From positions 1 to 52,800 of the forward strand of contig CAINDR010000021.1 of assembly GCA_903847415.1 (NCBI GenBank): DNA of 52,800 nucleotides, written 5' to 3'. This DNA comes from Candidatus Falkowbacteria bacterium. Its GTDB lineage: Bacteria > Patescibacteriota > Patescibacteriia > Patescibacteriales > UBA12465. Position numbers and translations under genes: made by a program. Numbering within the stretch: position 1 is the first letter of the stretch; the number at the start of each line of letters is the position of its first letter. Below, in pieces: positions 8,382 through 17,976 of the stretch. The notes beneath the pieces are model-generated. The model saw only the letters and a list, made by a program, of their open reading frames with translations, did not search any database and was not told where the DNA came from.

Positions 8382-10076
8382 ATGAAAAATAAACTTGCCA
8401 AGCTATTGGCAGAAAAAGTGCAAGAGCTTGGAGGCCAAGAAATTTCCCCAGCTCAATTATTAGCAAAAATTGAAATTCCCCCATTGCGTGATTTGGGTGA
8501 TTTTGCTTTTCCTTGTTTTGTGTTAGCAAAAGATCTCGCGCTTCCACCAGCAGTAATTGCCGAAAAGCTAGTTAATTTAATGACGACTCAGGATGGCATT
8601 CAGAAAGCAGTAGCAGTAGGGCCTTATCTTAATCTGTTCGTTGATCGGCTAGTTTTTGCTGGCGCTGTTTTGGATGAGGTTCTAACTCTTGGTGAAAAAT
8701 TTGGTAAAGCGGAAAGTAATCAACAAAAGATTGTCATCGAATACCCCTCACCAAACACCAACAAACCTTTGCATCTGGGGCATTTGCGCAATTTATCAAT
8801 TGGCGAATCATTAGCTCGTTTATTGACAGAAAATGGGGCAGAGGTGGTTCGAACAAATCTTTTTAATGACCGAGGAATTCATATTTGCAAATCGATGATT
8901 GCTTACCAAAAAGAAGGTCAGAATGCTGAGCCAGATAAAAAATCCGATCATTTTGTCGGCGATTATTATGTAAAATTTTCAAGCCTAGCTCAAGAGGATA
9001 AAAACTTGGAACAAGAAACTCAAGAGCTTCTTGTGAAATGGGAAAACGGAGATGAAGAAACCAGAGCGCTCTGGCAAAAAATGAATAATTGGGCTTTTAC
9101 AGGATTTAAAGAAACTTTTCAATTGGTTGGGATTAAGCATGACAAAAACTATTTTGAGAGTGAAATGTATCAACAGGGAAAAGAATTGGTCCTCAAAAAT
9201 TTAGCTGCTGGTCTTTTTGCGAAACGGGCTGACGGGGCAATTATTCTAGATCTCACTACAGAGGGTTTGGATGAGAAAGTTTTGTTGCGTGCCGATGGCA
9301 CTAGCGTTTACATGACTCAAGATCTGTATTTAGCTTTTCTCAAGGATGCCGATTACCATTACGATGATTCAATTTATATTGTTGGTAATGAACAAGATTA
9401 TCATTTTCAAGTTTTAGCAATTATTTTAAAGAAGTTGGGGTTTGCCAAGAAAATTAGTCATCTTTCCTATGGAATGATTGCTTTGCCGGAAGGACGCATG
9501 AAATCACGTGAAGGAACAGTGGTTGATGCTGATAATCTCATCTGGGAATTAACCGATTTAGCAAAAGAGGGAATTATTACTAGAACGAGCGACCTTGATC
9601 CGATCGAAACTAATATTCGCGCTCAGAAGATTGCTTTAGCGGCAATTAAATATAAATTACTCAAGACCAATATTTTTAAGGACATGATTTTTGATCCCAA
9701 AGAATCCTTAAGTTTTGATGGTGATACTGGACCATACCTTTTGTATTCTTTCGCCCGAGCTAAGTCGATTTTGGTGAAAGTTTCTCAAGAAGAAACTACT
9801 GACAAACTCACTGAGCTAGAAGATGTTGAATTTGCTTTAATTCAAAAAATTGCTGACTTCAAAGAATTACTCGTTTTTGCAGGTGCAAATCGCAATCCAT
9901 CACTGGTGGCTCACTACGCTTTTGAGTTAGCTCAAATCTTTAATGAATTTTATCACACCTGTCCGGTCGTTAGTTCTCATCAAATTAATTTACGCTTAAA
10001 GTTAGTGGAAGCTTTTACGATTGTTTTAGGAAAATCATTAAACATTTTAGGAATCGAAACTTTAGAGAAGATGTAG
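8382..10076 (+). CDS. argS: arginine--tRNA ligase
   Basis: EYPSPNTNKPLHLGHLRN (HIGH), MKSREG, GDTGPYLLY, C-terminal LGIETLEKM. Confidence 0.97.
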   Translation: MKNKLAKLLAEKVQELGGQEISPAQLLAKIEIPPLRDLGDFAFPCFVLAKDLALPPAVIAEKLVNLMTTQDGIQKAVAVGPYLNLFVDRLVFAGAVLDEVLTLGEKFGKAESNQQKIVIEYPSPNTNKPLHLGHLRNLSIGESLARLLTENGAEVVRTNLFNDRGIHICKSMIAYQKEGQNAEPDKKSDHFVGDYYVKFSSLAQEDKNLEQETQELLVKWENGDEETRALWQKMNNWAFTGFKETFQLVGIKHDKNYFESEMYQQGKELVLKNLAAGLFAKRADGAIILDLTTEGLDEKVLLRADGTSVYMTQDLYLAFLKDADYHYDDSIYIVGNEQDYHFQVLAIILKKLGFAKKISHLSYGMIALPEGRMKSREGTVVDADNLIWELTDLAKEGIITRTSDLDPIETNIRAQKIALAAIKYKLLKTNIFKDMIFDPKESLSFDGDTGPYLLYSFARAKSILVKVSQEETTDKLTELEDVEFALIQKIADFKELLVFAGANRNPSLVAHYAFELAQIFNEFYHTCPVVSSHQINLRLKLVEAFTIVLGKSLNILGIETLEKM

Positions 10077-10144
10077 GGAGGTATACCTAAACTAAATAAT
10101 GATAACTTTGGTAATTTTCTTTAATTATTTTTTTTGACTTTGCT
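10044..10144 (+). repeat. direct repeat copy 1 (argS 3' end + toxin 3' end), left flank of island 2
   Basis: 101 bp identical to 14508-14608 except for one mismatch. Confidence 0.97.
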
Positions 10145-10226
10145 TTTAAATAAGTTGCAGTTTTAAACTCAGTTATTTTGAGCTAAACAGTTATGAAATT
10201 TAAATAATTTAACTTGGTATATTTAT

Positions 10227-10940
10227 ATGCATAATAGTGCAAAGCAACTATTAAAAAATAAATTGTTAGAAAAATGGATAGCTGACGGGTATTTGGTGAA
10301 AAAATATTATGAGAAAAAAATTGCTAAATATTCTATTAATTCAGAAGCTTCTTTGGACTGGAGAACAAAAGAAATGCACGATTTATTTTTTTCTCATGTA
10401 TTAGATGGTGTTAATTTTTCTTCAGTAAATTCAATTTTGGACGTCGGATGTGGTATTTGTGGTATTGTTGATTATTTAGATTCTCTGGGTGTAGAGAATT
10501 TTAACTATTTAGGTATTGATATAGTGGACAGTTTTATTTCTGTTGCTCAAAATAAATATTTTGAAAGGGATGTTGATGTTTTGAATAAAAATTTTTTAAA
10601 CGAAGACTTTTGGCCCAAGAGAAATTTTGATTTAGTGTTAAATCTTGGTGGTTTAAATTCAAAGGTTAGATTTCAATATAGCTTCCTGCAGTACAATATT
10701 GAGAAAATGATTTTATGTAGTAGTAAATATGTTGCATTTAATGTTTTAATTAAAGTTAAAAATACATATTTTAAAAAAAATAAGCTTAGAGCTGTGGGAG
10801 CAATTGCTTCTTTCGATGAAGACAAGCTTATTGCTATTTTAAAAAAAATTAGTCTTAAATATAACATTGATTTTGATATTAAAAAAATCTCTATATTCGA
10901 AGGTAGTATCGACGCCTTTGTATTAATTAAATTATTATGA
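10227..10940 (+). CDS. class I SAM-dependent methyltransferase
   Basis: SILDVGCGICG, YLGIDI, FDLVL. Confidence 0.85.
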   Translation: MHNSAKQLLKNKLLEKWIADGYLVKKYYEKKIAKYSINSEASLDWRTKEMHDLFFSHVLDGVNFSSVNSILDVGCGICGIVDYLDSLGVENFNYLGIDIVDSFISVAQNKYFERDVDVLNKNFLNEDFWPKRNFDLVLNLGGLNSKVRFQYSFLQYNIEKMILCSSKYVAFNVLIKVKNTYFKKNKLRAVGAIASFDEDKLIAILKKISLKYNIDFDIKKISIFEGSIDAFVLIKLL

Positions 10941-11485
10941 AGTTAATAAATAAGCCAAATAAAATAGTAGTTGATCAAATAAATAACATTATTCATCTCG
11001 ATTGGCAGGCCATTGAAGTTGCTGTCGGTTTGTTTCATAAAAAAATAGAAAAAATATCACCATTTGATTCTTTGTTGGTACTTGTCAGAGGGGCAATGGT
11101 ACCAGCCGCCATGTTGTCTCATTCGCTAAATAATAGGAACATGAAATTTTATCAGGGAGTTAAAACGAACTCAAACAAACCGCATGATTATGGAAAATTT
11201 CGTAGTTTGTTGCTACCAAAACTGATGCCAGGAGAGAGGTTATTAATTGTAGAAGATATTATTTTTGAAGGTGATACTGTTAATAATGCTATTGATTATG
11301 TAATAAAATGTGGTTGCGTATGTGTTGGAGTTTGTAGTATAGTAATCGATGAAAATCTAAAAAATTTACCAGCTATAAAAAGAAATTCGGTGCCACTGAT
11401 AGGTGCTTACGAATGTGAAAATCTAAAATGGATAAGATTTCCATGGGAAATAAAGATAGATAATGAAATATCTATTAATTTTTAA
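10937..11485 (+). CDS. type I phosphoribosyltransferase (Gpt/purine PRT-like)
   Basis: LVRGAMVPA, PRPP loop LLIVEDIIFEGDT, C-terminal WIRFPWE. Confidence 0.85.
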   Translation: MKLINKPNKIVVDQINNIIHLDWQAIEVAVGLFHKKIEKISPFDSLLVLVRGAMVPAAMLSHSLNNRNMKFYQGVKTNSNKPHDYGKFRSLLLPKLMPGERLLIVEDIIFEGDTVNNAIDYVIKCGCVCVGVCSIVIDENLKNLPAIKRNSVPLIGAYECENLKWIRFPWEIKIDNEISINF

Positions 11486-11499
11486 ATAACATTATTGTT

Positions 11500-12057
11500 A
11501 TGATTGTGGTGTTAGAGGGGTTGCCTGCTAGCGGCAAAACAACAATTGCTAATTATTTGCAAGTAAATTGTAATTTTAATAAAGTTAACGAATCCCTTGG
11601 TTACCTGGGTGGAGTTAATCTTTCGGATGATCAAGGGGAAATTTTTCAAGAAACCCTTAAAAAATATAATTTAGCAAAGATTTCAAAATCGCACTCCGTG
11701 ATAGATCGTGGTTATGCATCGATGCTCGCATGGGATTATTGTGCTGCGCACTTAAAAATAGCTGACAATCTATCTACTAAAAATAAATGGGTTACCAAGG
11801 CAATAAAAAAAGGCTTATTATACGAGCCAGATATTTACATTTATTTAGCTATTAGCGAAGAAACTAGTTTAACAAGAAGACCCAGGAGGGAAAACATTAA
11901 AGATGTTTGGACTAGCGTTTTAGGATTAAAATATTGTTTGGATTATTATGCATATTTTTTTGGAAAAGAAGAAAACAAGAAAAAAACTATTTTTATTGAT
12001 GCCGAAATGAACACAAAAGAAGTGATCAAAATTTTAAAGGCTAAATTGTTAATATGA
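11500..12057 (+). CDS. thymidylate/deoxynucleoside kinase-like P-loop protein
   Basis: VLEGLPASGKTT, VIDRG, PDIYIYL. Confidence 0.8.
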   Translation: MIVVLEGLPASGKTTIANYLQVNCNFNKVNESLGYLGGVNLSDDQGEIFQETLKKYNLAKISKSHSVIDRGYASMLAWDYCAAHLKIADNLSTKNKWVTKAIKKGLLYEPDIYIYLAISEETSLTRRPRRENIKDVWTSVLGLKYCLDYYAYFFGKEENKKKTIFIDAEMNTKEVIKILKAKLLI

Positions 12058-13343
12058 AAAAATCTGTTCATATAATTTATATAGCTGAAGATGGAGTATC
12101 TTCTTTGGTCTGTGGTGTCGGGACGATAGTCCATAATTTTTTATTATCTTTTGATAAAATCGCGTCAAATTTTGAAAAACATTCCGTTGTTTTAAGGTTG
12201 TCTATAATATCATTAAAATACAAAAAAACAGATATAGGTTTTAGGCCTGATTTTTTAAAAAGATCTGCTGATTTATGCAAATTCTATAAAGGTTCACTCA
12301 TATTAATTGACAAGCCTAATAATCATTCAAGTGATTATTTTAATTTTTCTAATTGGAAAATTCTTAATCGCAAAGTAAGATTTATTTTAAAAGAAATATT
12401 TAGCAAGAATGATGATCTTACAGTTATTATTTCAAACGATACTATATTCGCCGAATCTTATTTTGTAGAGTCAAAAGTAATTAATATCTGGCTACCAAAT
12501 AGTTTGGGTATTTTACATAAGCAATCTTACGTCCAACAACCAAAACGAATATCTTGGGAATTAAGTGCGATGAATAGATCAAAAAAAGAAAATTTTTTTA
12601 TAGGTAGTGTATCGAGATATATTTTTAAAATTATAATACAAAAATACGATTTAAATCCTAACAAGGTACTATCTCTACATAATGGGTTTAACTTATCGTC
12701 CCTTAAATTGTTTTTAAGGAACGATTTCGAAATATCTAGTTATTTAAAAAAAAGAAAGATACCTCTAGACAAGAATATAATTTTTTGCTTCGCCAGAGCA
12801 GATGAATATAAAGGCCTCGATGTTGCATTAAAAGCTATGCTTAAAATTTCTAGAAAATATGGATTGCATCCAGTCTTAATTGCTTCTAAGTTTAGTGATG
12901 AAAAATTTATAGAGAATATACAAGAGCAGTTAAAATTTATAGCGAATAAATCTCAACAACCTGTATCTTTATTTTTTGATTACGAATTTGAACTACCAAA
13001 ATATCTTTTGCAATATAAACGAGTGAAATATTTGCTTAATATGCCTAAAAATGATTTTTGTCCTCTAGTTCCTTTTGAAGCTGAAATTTTGGGGCATAGA
13101 GATTTATGTGTTGTTAATAGTAATATTGCTTGTATTAGAGATGTAATAACAGACATGCAAGATGGATTTCTTTGTTTGCCGGCGTCAAAACATATAGTTA
13201 AAAAAATTGCTAAAATATTTGACTTATCTCCTGATGTGAGAAATACTATTATTGCTTCAGGTAAGGCAAGAGCCTTGAAAGCAATGGATATTAAAAAAAG
13301 CTATTTAGCAACTTTAAAAATGCTTATAGATACTAATATATGA
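12054..13343 (+). CDS. GT-B fold glycosyltransferase (GT4-like)
   Basis: N-terminal CGVGT, HNGF, FARADEYKGLD, DFCPLVPFEA, DVITDMQDGFL. Confidence 0.75.
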   Translation: MKKSVHIIYIAEDGVSSLVCGVGTIVHNFLLSFDKIASNFEKHSVVLRLSIISLKYKKTDIGFRPDFLKRSADLCKFYKGSLILIDKPNNHSSDYFNFSNWKILNRKVRFILKEIFSKNDDLTVIISNDTIFAESYFVESKVINIWLPNSLGILHKQSYVQQPKRISWELSAMNRSKKENFFIGSVSRYIFKIIIQKYDLNPNKVLSLHNGFNLSSLKLFLRNDFEISSYLKKRKIPLDKNIIFCFARADEYKGLDVALKAMLKISRKYGLHPVLIASKFSDEKFIENIQEQLKFIANKSQQPVSLFFDYEFELPKYLLQYKRVKYLLNMPKNDFCPLVPFEAEILGHRDLCVVNSNIACIRDVITDMQDGFLCLPASKHIVKKIAKIFDLSPDVRNTIIASGKARALKAMDIKKSYLATLKMLIDTNI

Positions 13344-13750
13344 AAATTTATTCTGCGGGTGGAGTATTAACCAAAAAAGAAAATAACCAGATTTTTGTGT
13401 TGTTAGTAGAACATCTTGATGGTACTTTTGTTTTTCCAAAGGGTCATGTTGAGGAAGGTGAAACTTTTCAGGAGGCAGCTAAAAGAGAAATAAGGGAAGA
13501 AGTTGGTCTCTCGGATATTGTTATTGATAAACAATTAGGTGTAATAAAAAGAGTTTCAAAAAATTTAGGCAATCAGCTAATAGAAAAAAGGATTGTTATG
13601 TTTAGTGTAATTATAAATAATTATGATCATCTAAAAAACACTGAAGAAGAGTACCGTTGGTTTGATATTGATGATGTAGCGGGTCGCTTAAGATATAGCG
13701 AAGATAGAAGATTTTTTTTAGGAATAAAAGGTTTTTTAACATTAAAATAA
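13340..13750 (+). CDS. Nudix hydrolase (Ap4A-hydrolase-like)
   Basis: SAGGV start and FPKGHVEEGETFQEAAKREIREEVG. Confidence 0.9.
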   Translation: MKIYSAGGVLTKKENNQIFVLLVEHLDGTFVFPKGHVEEGETFQEAAKREIREEVGLSDIVIDKQLGVIKRVSKNLGNQLIEKRIVMFSVIINNYDHLKNTEEEYRWFDIDDVAGRLRYSEDRRFFLGIKGFLTLK

Positions 13751-13769
13751 AGATTGAGGAGGGTTGAAG

Positions 13770-14378
13770 ATGAGAAAACAAGTTGTGTTTATTGGTGGAA
13801 TCCATGGTGTTGGTAAATCAACTATATGTCATGAGGTGCACTTAGCGACGTCAGCTATTATTGTAAAACAAAGACACTTAGTGAAAGAGGTGGCAATAAA
13901 ACTTGGGGCTATTACCTGGGAAGATGCAGGCCTGGTTCATAATTTAGTTATAAAGGATGCTGCCAGTTTGGTTATAGAAAGAGTAAAAGCTAAAAAAAGT
14001 TCGCTTGTTTTAGTCGACTGTCATTATTCAATAAGGCAAGCCAAAGCTTTAAGAATAAGTTCCAGTCCAGGCTTTAAGGGATACATCCCGGACTTAGACG
14101 AAAAATTTGTTTCTGTGCTAAGAAAATATTTTGAATTAAAATTTATTTTAGTGCAAACTGCCCCAGAAATTGCTTTTGCAAGAATTGTAAACAGACCAAT
14201 AGAGATTAGAGATGTCGATTGTAGTTTGGAGTTAATGGTAAAAAGTGAACGAATTGAACAAATATATTTTATCCAAATGGTTCAGAATTTTCAAATTGAT
14301 CAGAAAAACTTTGTGATATTAAATAATAATGGTGACCTAAGCCAGACTTTAAAATCTTTTAATAATTTCGTTTTTTAA
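13770..14378 (+). CDS. nucleotide kinase-like P-loop protein (archaeal adenylate-kinase-like)
   Basis: FIGGIHGVGKST, LVDCHY, ARIVNR lid, ILNNNG. Confidence 0.7.
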   Translation: MRKQVVFIGGIHGVGKSTICHEVHLATSAIIVKQRHLVKEVAIKLGAITWEDAGLVHNLVIKDAASLVIERVKAKKSSLVLVDCHYSIRQAKALRISSSPGFKGYIPDLDEKFVSVLRKYFELKFILVQTAPEIAFARIVNRPIEIRDVDCSLELMVKSERIEQIYFIQMVQNFQIDQKNFVILNNNGDLSQTLKSFNNFVF

Positions 14379-14400
14379 GGACTATAAAATAGTCCTTTTT
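14377..14400 (+). terminator. intrinsic terminator ending island 2 operon
   Basis: AAGGACTAT-AAA-ATAGTCCTT-TTT. Confidence 0.7.
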
Positions 14401-14507
14401 AATTGGTCAGTAAACCTAATAAAATAAAAGGTTAGCTATGTATTAGACTTTTTGAGCGCAGGAGAAGATATTTTTTTATTAATAAAGAACAAAATAACTT
14501 TATAAAT

Positions 14508-14608
14508 ATTTTAGGAATCGAAACTTTAGAGAAGATGTAGGGAGGTATACCTAAACTAAATGATGATAACTTTGGTAATTTTCTTTAATTATTTTTTTTG
14601 ACTTTGCT
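14508..14608 (+). repeat. direct repeat copy 2, right flank of island 2
   Basis: Re-encodes argS terminal ILGIETLEKM*; 100/101 match to 10044-10144. Confidence 0.97.
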
Positions 14609-14943
14609 GTTTCATTGCCACCCTCTAAATCATTTTTATGATAAACCAATAAAACATTAATCAATTTTTTCTCGTTATGCATGGCAACAATACAGCGGTT
14701 CCCAGATCCATGGCGAGATTTTTTTGTTCCTGCGATACTAAATTCAGTTTTTATAATTTTAATATCAAAATCTTTTGCAATTATTTCGGCAATAGATTTT
14801 TCTAAGATAACGTCAAAACTTTGAAACTCTCTCACGAGAGCTTCTATTGTAATATCCCAGGATCGTCCATATTTTTTAGCAAATTTTTTGATGAAGTGGC
14901 GATGGGCGTATTCTTCGAAATTTACTGAATATTTAGTAAACAT
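14551..14943 (-). CDS. putative toxin (RelE/HigB-like fold) paired with Panacea antitoxin
   Basis: Overlaps antitoxin stop; GSGNRCIV...INVLLVYHKND resembles RelE-superfamily C-terminal strands. Confidence 0.55.
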   Translation of the reverse strand: MFTKYSVNFEEYAHRHFIKKFAKKYGRSWDITIEALVREFQSFDVILEKSIAEIIAKDFDIKIIKTEFSIAGTKKSRHGSGNRCIVAMHNEKKLINVLLVYHKNDLEGGNETAKSKKIIKENYQSYHHLV

Positions 14944-15622
14944 GGTTTGGGTCCTCTTGGGTTATTAGACTATAAGGGATTATTTCATTATCTTCGCAGA
15001 TTGCATATGGTAGTTGGTCATGAGTAAATTTGACGATATCTTGAGTTCTTTTTCCGCGCCATTTTAAGGAGATATCTTTAATCATTTTTAGCTCCACTGC
15101 GTTTAGTTCTGATAACTTTTCCCGTTCACCGGAACGAGTCTGAGAAATAAAAAAGACACCATCCTTTGTGGTTTTATCTACCTCGATAATTCCAGCCTCA
15201 AAAAGTTCTTCAATGGCGCGGAAATAATTATCTGGCACTGGACCGTATTGAATTTTTCGATAAGGCATTCCGCTCATACTTTCTAGATGTTCATAGAACC
15301 AAGCAAAATCAGCCAAGTAGAGCATTTTTGCTAACTTGGTTTTTGGTATTTTGCTATGAGAGTCTTTTTCTGATCGCAAATAGGCTAAAATCATTTGCTT
15401 GTATTTTTTGTAGTTTGGTTTTAGCCCGCCACGCATTTCTTCTAAAGAAATGCCAAAAAGATCCGCTAGTTTTATCGCCTCAAATAGGCTTAGTTCGTTT
15501 TTTCCTTGTTCAAAGCCAATATAGGAAGATCGGGAAATGCCAATTTTTTCGGCGGTTTCTAGCTGAGAAAGACCTCTTTTTAGTCTTAGTTCTTTGATAA
15601 ACTTGTAATAATCTTTAGTCAT
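14933..15622 (-). CDS. XRE-HTH + Panacea (DUF4065/SocA) antitoxin
   Basis: HTH IKELRLKRGLSQLETAEKIGISRSSY; Panacea motifs KTKLAKMLYLAD, YGPVP, FTH; ATG 15622 preferred. Confidence 0.85.
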   Translation of the reverse strand: MTKDYYKFIKELRLKRGLSQLETAEKIGISRSSYIGFEQGKNELSLFEAIKLADLFGISLEEMRGGLKPNYKKYKQMILAYLRSEKDSHSKIPKTKLAKMLYLADFAWFYEHLESMSGMPYRKIQYGPVPDNYFRAIEELFEAGIIEVDKTTKDGVFFISQTRSGEREKLSELNAVELKMIKDISLKWRGKRTQDIVKFTHDQLPYAICEDNEIIPYSLITQEDPNHVY

Positions 15623-15685
15623 ATTACTAAGATTATAAGGCAATAATGTTTAAAAGTCAAACAAAGCTTGTCTATATTTTAGACA

Positions 15686-16564
15686 TTATAATTTTAAAGT
15701 AGTCACTAATAATTTCTGATAATCTTGCCAACGCTTTTCTTCTTCCTGGAGAGATTTCTTAGCCCAAGAGACGAGAAAATTATTCTTTTCTAAAACTGAT
15801 ATTTTTTTTGCTTTGGTAATTGCTAAAGCTAAAGTTTCAATTAAATAATTGTGAAAGTGGGGATAGATATTTTGGAAAATTTCTATTTCCAGGTCAGAGA
15901 GATTGTCTTTTTTATTTTTAAATTTTTTCATTAAACTGACTGTGACTGCGGTGGGAATATTATTTTTTAAATCATCATGCCAATCATATAAGTCATCAGC
16001 AAGTTGCCGACAATTAAGAAATAGCACGAGAAAATCCCAAAACTTCTTTTGCTCTGTTGAGTTAATGTCGCGATTTTCTAAAAATAAAAAGACTGAAATA
16101 TAGAGCCCCAAAGATTTTTGGTGGCCCTTTTTTAAAAGAGAATCTTCATCAAGTGTTTGCCAATAATTTGGATTCTTTTTTAGTTCACTAACTCGTGAAA
16201 ATTCGGTTTGATTGGCAATTTCCATTATTAAAAAAGCTTTGTCGACCAATTTACTTTTTCCGCCCAGAACTTTGGCGCTTTCAAATAACAAAAGATTAGC
16301 AATAGGAAGTTCGGCCAAACTGGCGCCACCATCCATTATGTGATCATAAATAGTATAGGATCCCCAGAGTTTCAAATTGGCTTGTTTCCAGGATTTCTTG
16401 TCGGCTTTTGGTAAGGGAGAAAAAGCCTTTTTGTCTCGCCAAGATTTTTCTAGACTAGTAATGATTTCTACGGAAGCAAGACCTTCGGGGCTTTTGAGAA
16501 TTTTATCATAAATTGGTTTCACCGTTTTTTGAATAGAAAATAAAGATAATTTTTGTGTTTTCAT
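15686..16564 (-). CDS. class I isoprenoid-synthase-fold prenyltransferase (ComQ-like candidate)
   Basis: Two Asp-rich motifs YDHIMD and QLADDLYDWHDD; helical composition; ATGA overlap with kinase. Confidence 0.7.
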   Translation of the reverse strand: MKTQKLSLFSIQKTVKPIYDKILKSPEGLASVEIITSLEKSWRDKKAFSPLPKADKKSWKQANLKLWGSYTIYDHIMDGGASLAELPIANLLLFESAKVLGGKSKLVDKAFLIMEIANQTEFSRVSELKKNPNYWQTLDEDSLLKKGHQKSLGLYISVFLFLENRDINSTEQKKFWDFLVLFLNCRQLADDLYDWHDDLKNNIPTAVTVSLMKKFKNKKDNLSDLEIEIFQNIYPHFHNYLIETLALAITKAKKISVLEKNNFLVSWAKKSLQEEEKRWQDYQKLLVTTLKL

Positions 16565-17973
16565 ATCTCGTGTTTGAAATCGATGGGCAAGATAATTGAA
16601 AATAAGCAGCCACCTTCTTTGTTATTTTTTGCCTCTATTTTTCCGCGGAAATCTTGCTCTACTAAATGTTGAATTGAAGAAAGTCCCAACCCCAATCCCT
16701 TTCCTTGTTTTGTACTAAAAAATGGAGTAAAGATTTTTTCAAAATTTTCTGAGCTAATTCCTGGGCCGTTGTCCTTAATGGTTAATTTAATTTCTTGGTT
16801 ATTTTGGTAGTTTAATTTGATACTTATTTTTTTGTTTAATGATGAATTTTCACCAAGAGCATCAAGAGCGTTAGTGATTAAATTCATAATTATCTGGCTA
16901 AATTTTAAAGGGTCACCAAAAATTTTAATATCTTCTTCGTAGCGAAACTTCAGTAGCACTTTCTCTCGAATGGCTCGGTGGTTTAAAAGACTAATCATTC
17001 CCTTGACTTCTTGGTTAATCGAAAATTGACGACGACACTCTTCTTTCTGAAGTTGTTTTTTAACACTGATTACCAATACTTCCATTCTTTTTGCTGCTTC
17101 CACTGCTTGTTCAACTTGATAGGAAGTTTTTTGATATTGTTTATCTCGAGAAAGTTGTTCCAGATTCAAAGAAACGGCAGTAAGAGGGTTGATTAGGTCA
17201 TGAAAAATTCCTGCGGAAATTCGACCAAATTCGGCAAAACGATAAAGTTGGCTAATTTTTTCCATTTGCATTTTTTGTAATTGCTCAGTTCTTTTTTTAA
17301 CCGTTATTTCGAGATTATCTCTTTCTATTTTGAGCGCCTGTTCAGAATTAAGAGCTTTTCTAAGGGAATTTTCAATTTCTCGGTTAGCTAGCCAGGAAAG
17401 AGTAGCCATAATCGAAAGAGTAATAATAATTGGGATGGCGTCATAAATTGTCACCATTTCTGTTGCCCAATAGGTATTTGGAGTGATAATTTGATGGCCC
17501 TGAAGATATCCAAGGGTCGCAAGATAGAGGCTAATAAATAGAGTTGTAATCAGAGAAAAACGAGTACTAATTAAAATTCCAGCGCTTAAGATGGTGAAGG
17601 CATAAAGTAAAAGACTTTGAGGTAAATCTATTCCCCAGTGAAAAGAGAGATATAAATTTGGAATAAAGAAAATACTTAAAAAAAGGAGAGAAGCGATTTT
17701 AATCTTTTGTTTTCTAGAAAGATAATGAGCAAAAACGAAAACAGCACCCATTAAAATAAAGACCGCAGGTTGGAAACCGCGGTCTTCACCAGAAATAATA
17801 TCGATAACTTCACGAATAAAGGATAATAACAAAATTGTGGCCATTAAAATCTCTGAAGAAATTAAGAGAATGTTAAGAATAAATTCTTTTCTTTTTTGCT
17901 CCTCATTTTCACTTTGAGCTTCGATTAGGTGGTGATAAATTTTTTGACTTAATTTTTTTAAAATTTTTTTCAT
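16561..17973 (-). CDS. membrane sensor histidine kinase (about 6 TM, HisKA + HATPase_c)
   Basis: H-box FHDLINPL, N-box NLITNALDA, DNGPGI, FTPFFSTK, GLGLGL; six hydrophobic N-terminal segments. Confidence 0.95.
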   Translation of the reverse strand: MKKILKKLSQKIYHHLIEAQSENEEQKRKEFILNILLISSEILMATILLLSFIREVIDIISGEDRGFQPAVFILMGAVFVFAHYLSRKQKIKIASLLFLSIFFIPNLYLSFHWGIDLPQSLLLYAFTILSAGILISTRFSLITTLFISLYLATLGYLQGHQIITPNTYWATEMVTIYDAIPIIITLSIMATLSWLANREIENSLRKALNSEQALKIERDNLEITVKKRTEQLQKMQMEKISQLYRFAEFGRISAGIFHDLINPLTAVSLNLEQLSRDKQYQKTSYQVEQAVEAAKRMEVLVISVKKQLQKEECRRQFSINQEVKGMISLLNHRAIREKVLLKFRYEEDIKIFGDPLKFSQIIMNLITNALDALGENSSLNKKISIKLNYQNNQEIKLTIKDNGPGISSENFEKIFTPFFSTKQGKGLGLGLSSIQHLVEQDFRGKIEAKNNKEGGCLFSIILPIDFKHEI

Positions 17974-17976
17974 ATT

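Larger units (their letters stand above)
10145..14507. mobile_element. putative genomic island 2 (six-gene nucleotide/sugar modification operon) at argS 3' end
   Basis: Flanked by a 101-bp direct repeat; visibly more AT-rich with different codon usage; no integrase. Confidence 0.8.

Noticed and set aside
15686-16564. Calling the enzyme a housekeeping IspA/IspB polyprenyl synthase or naming it comQ
   Set aside because: It lacks the RRG loop after the first Asp-rich motif and the GKxxR motif typical of chain-elongating synthases; orthology to ComQ cannot be shown without a search, so no symbol is given.
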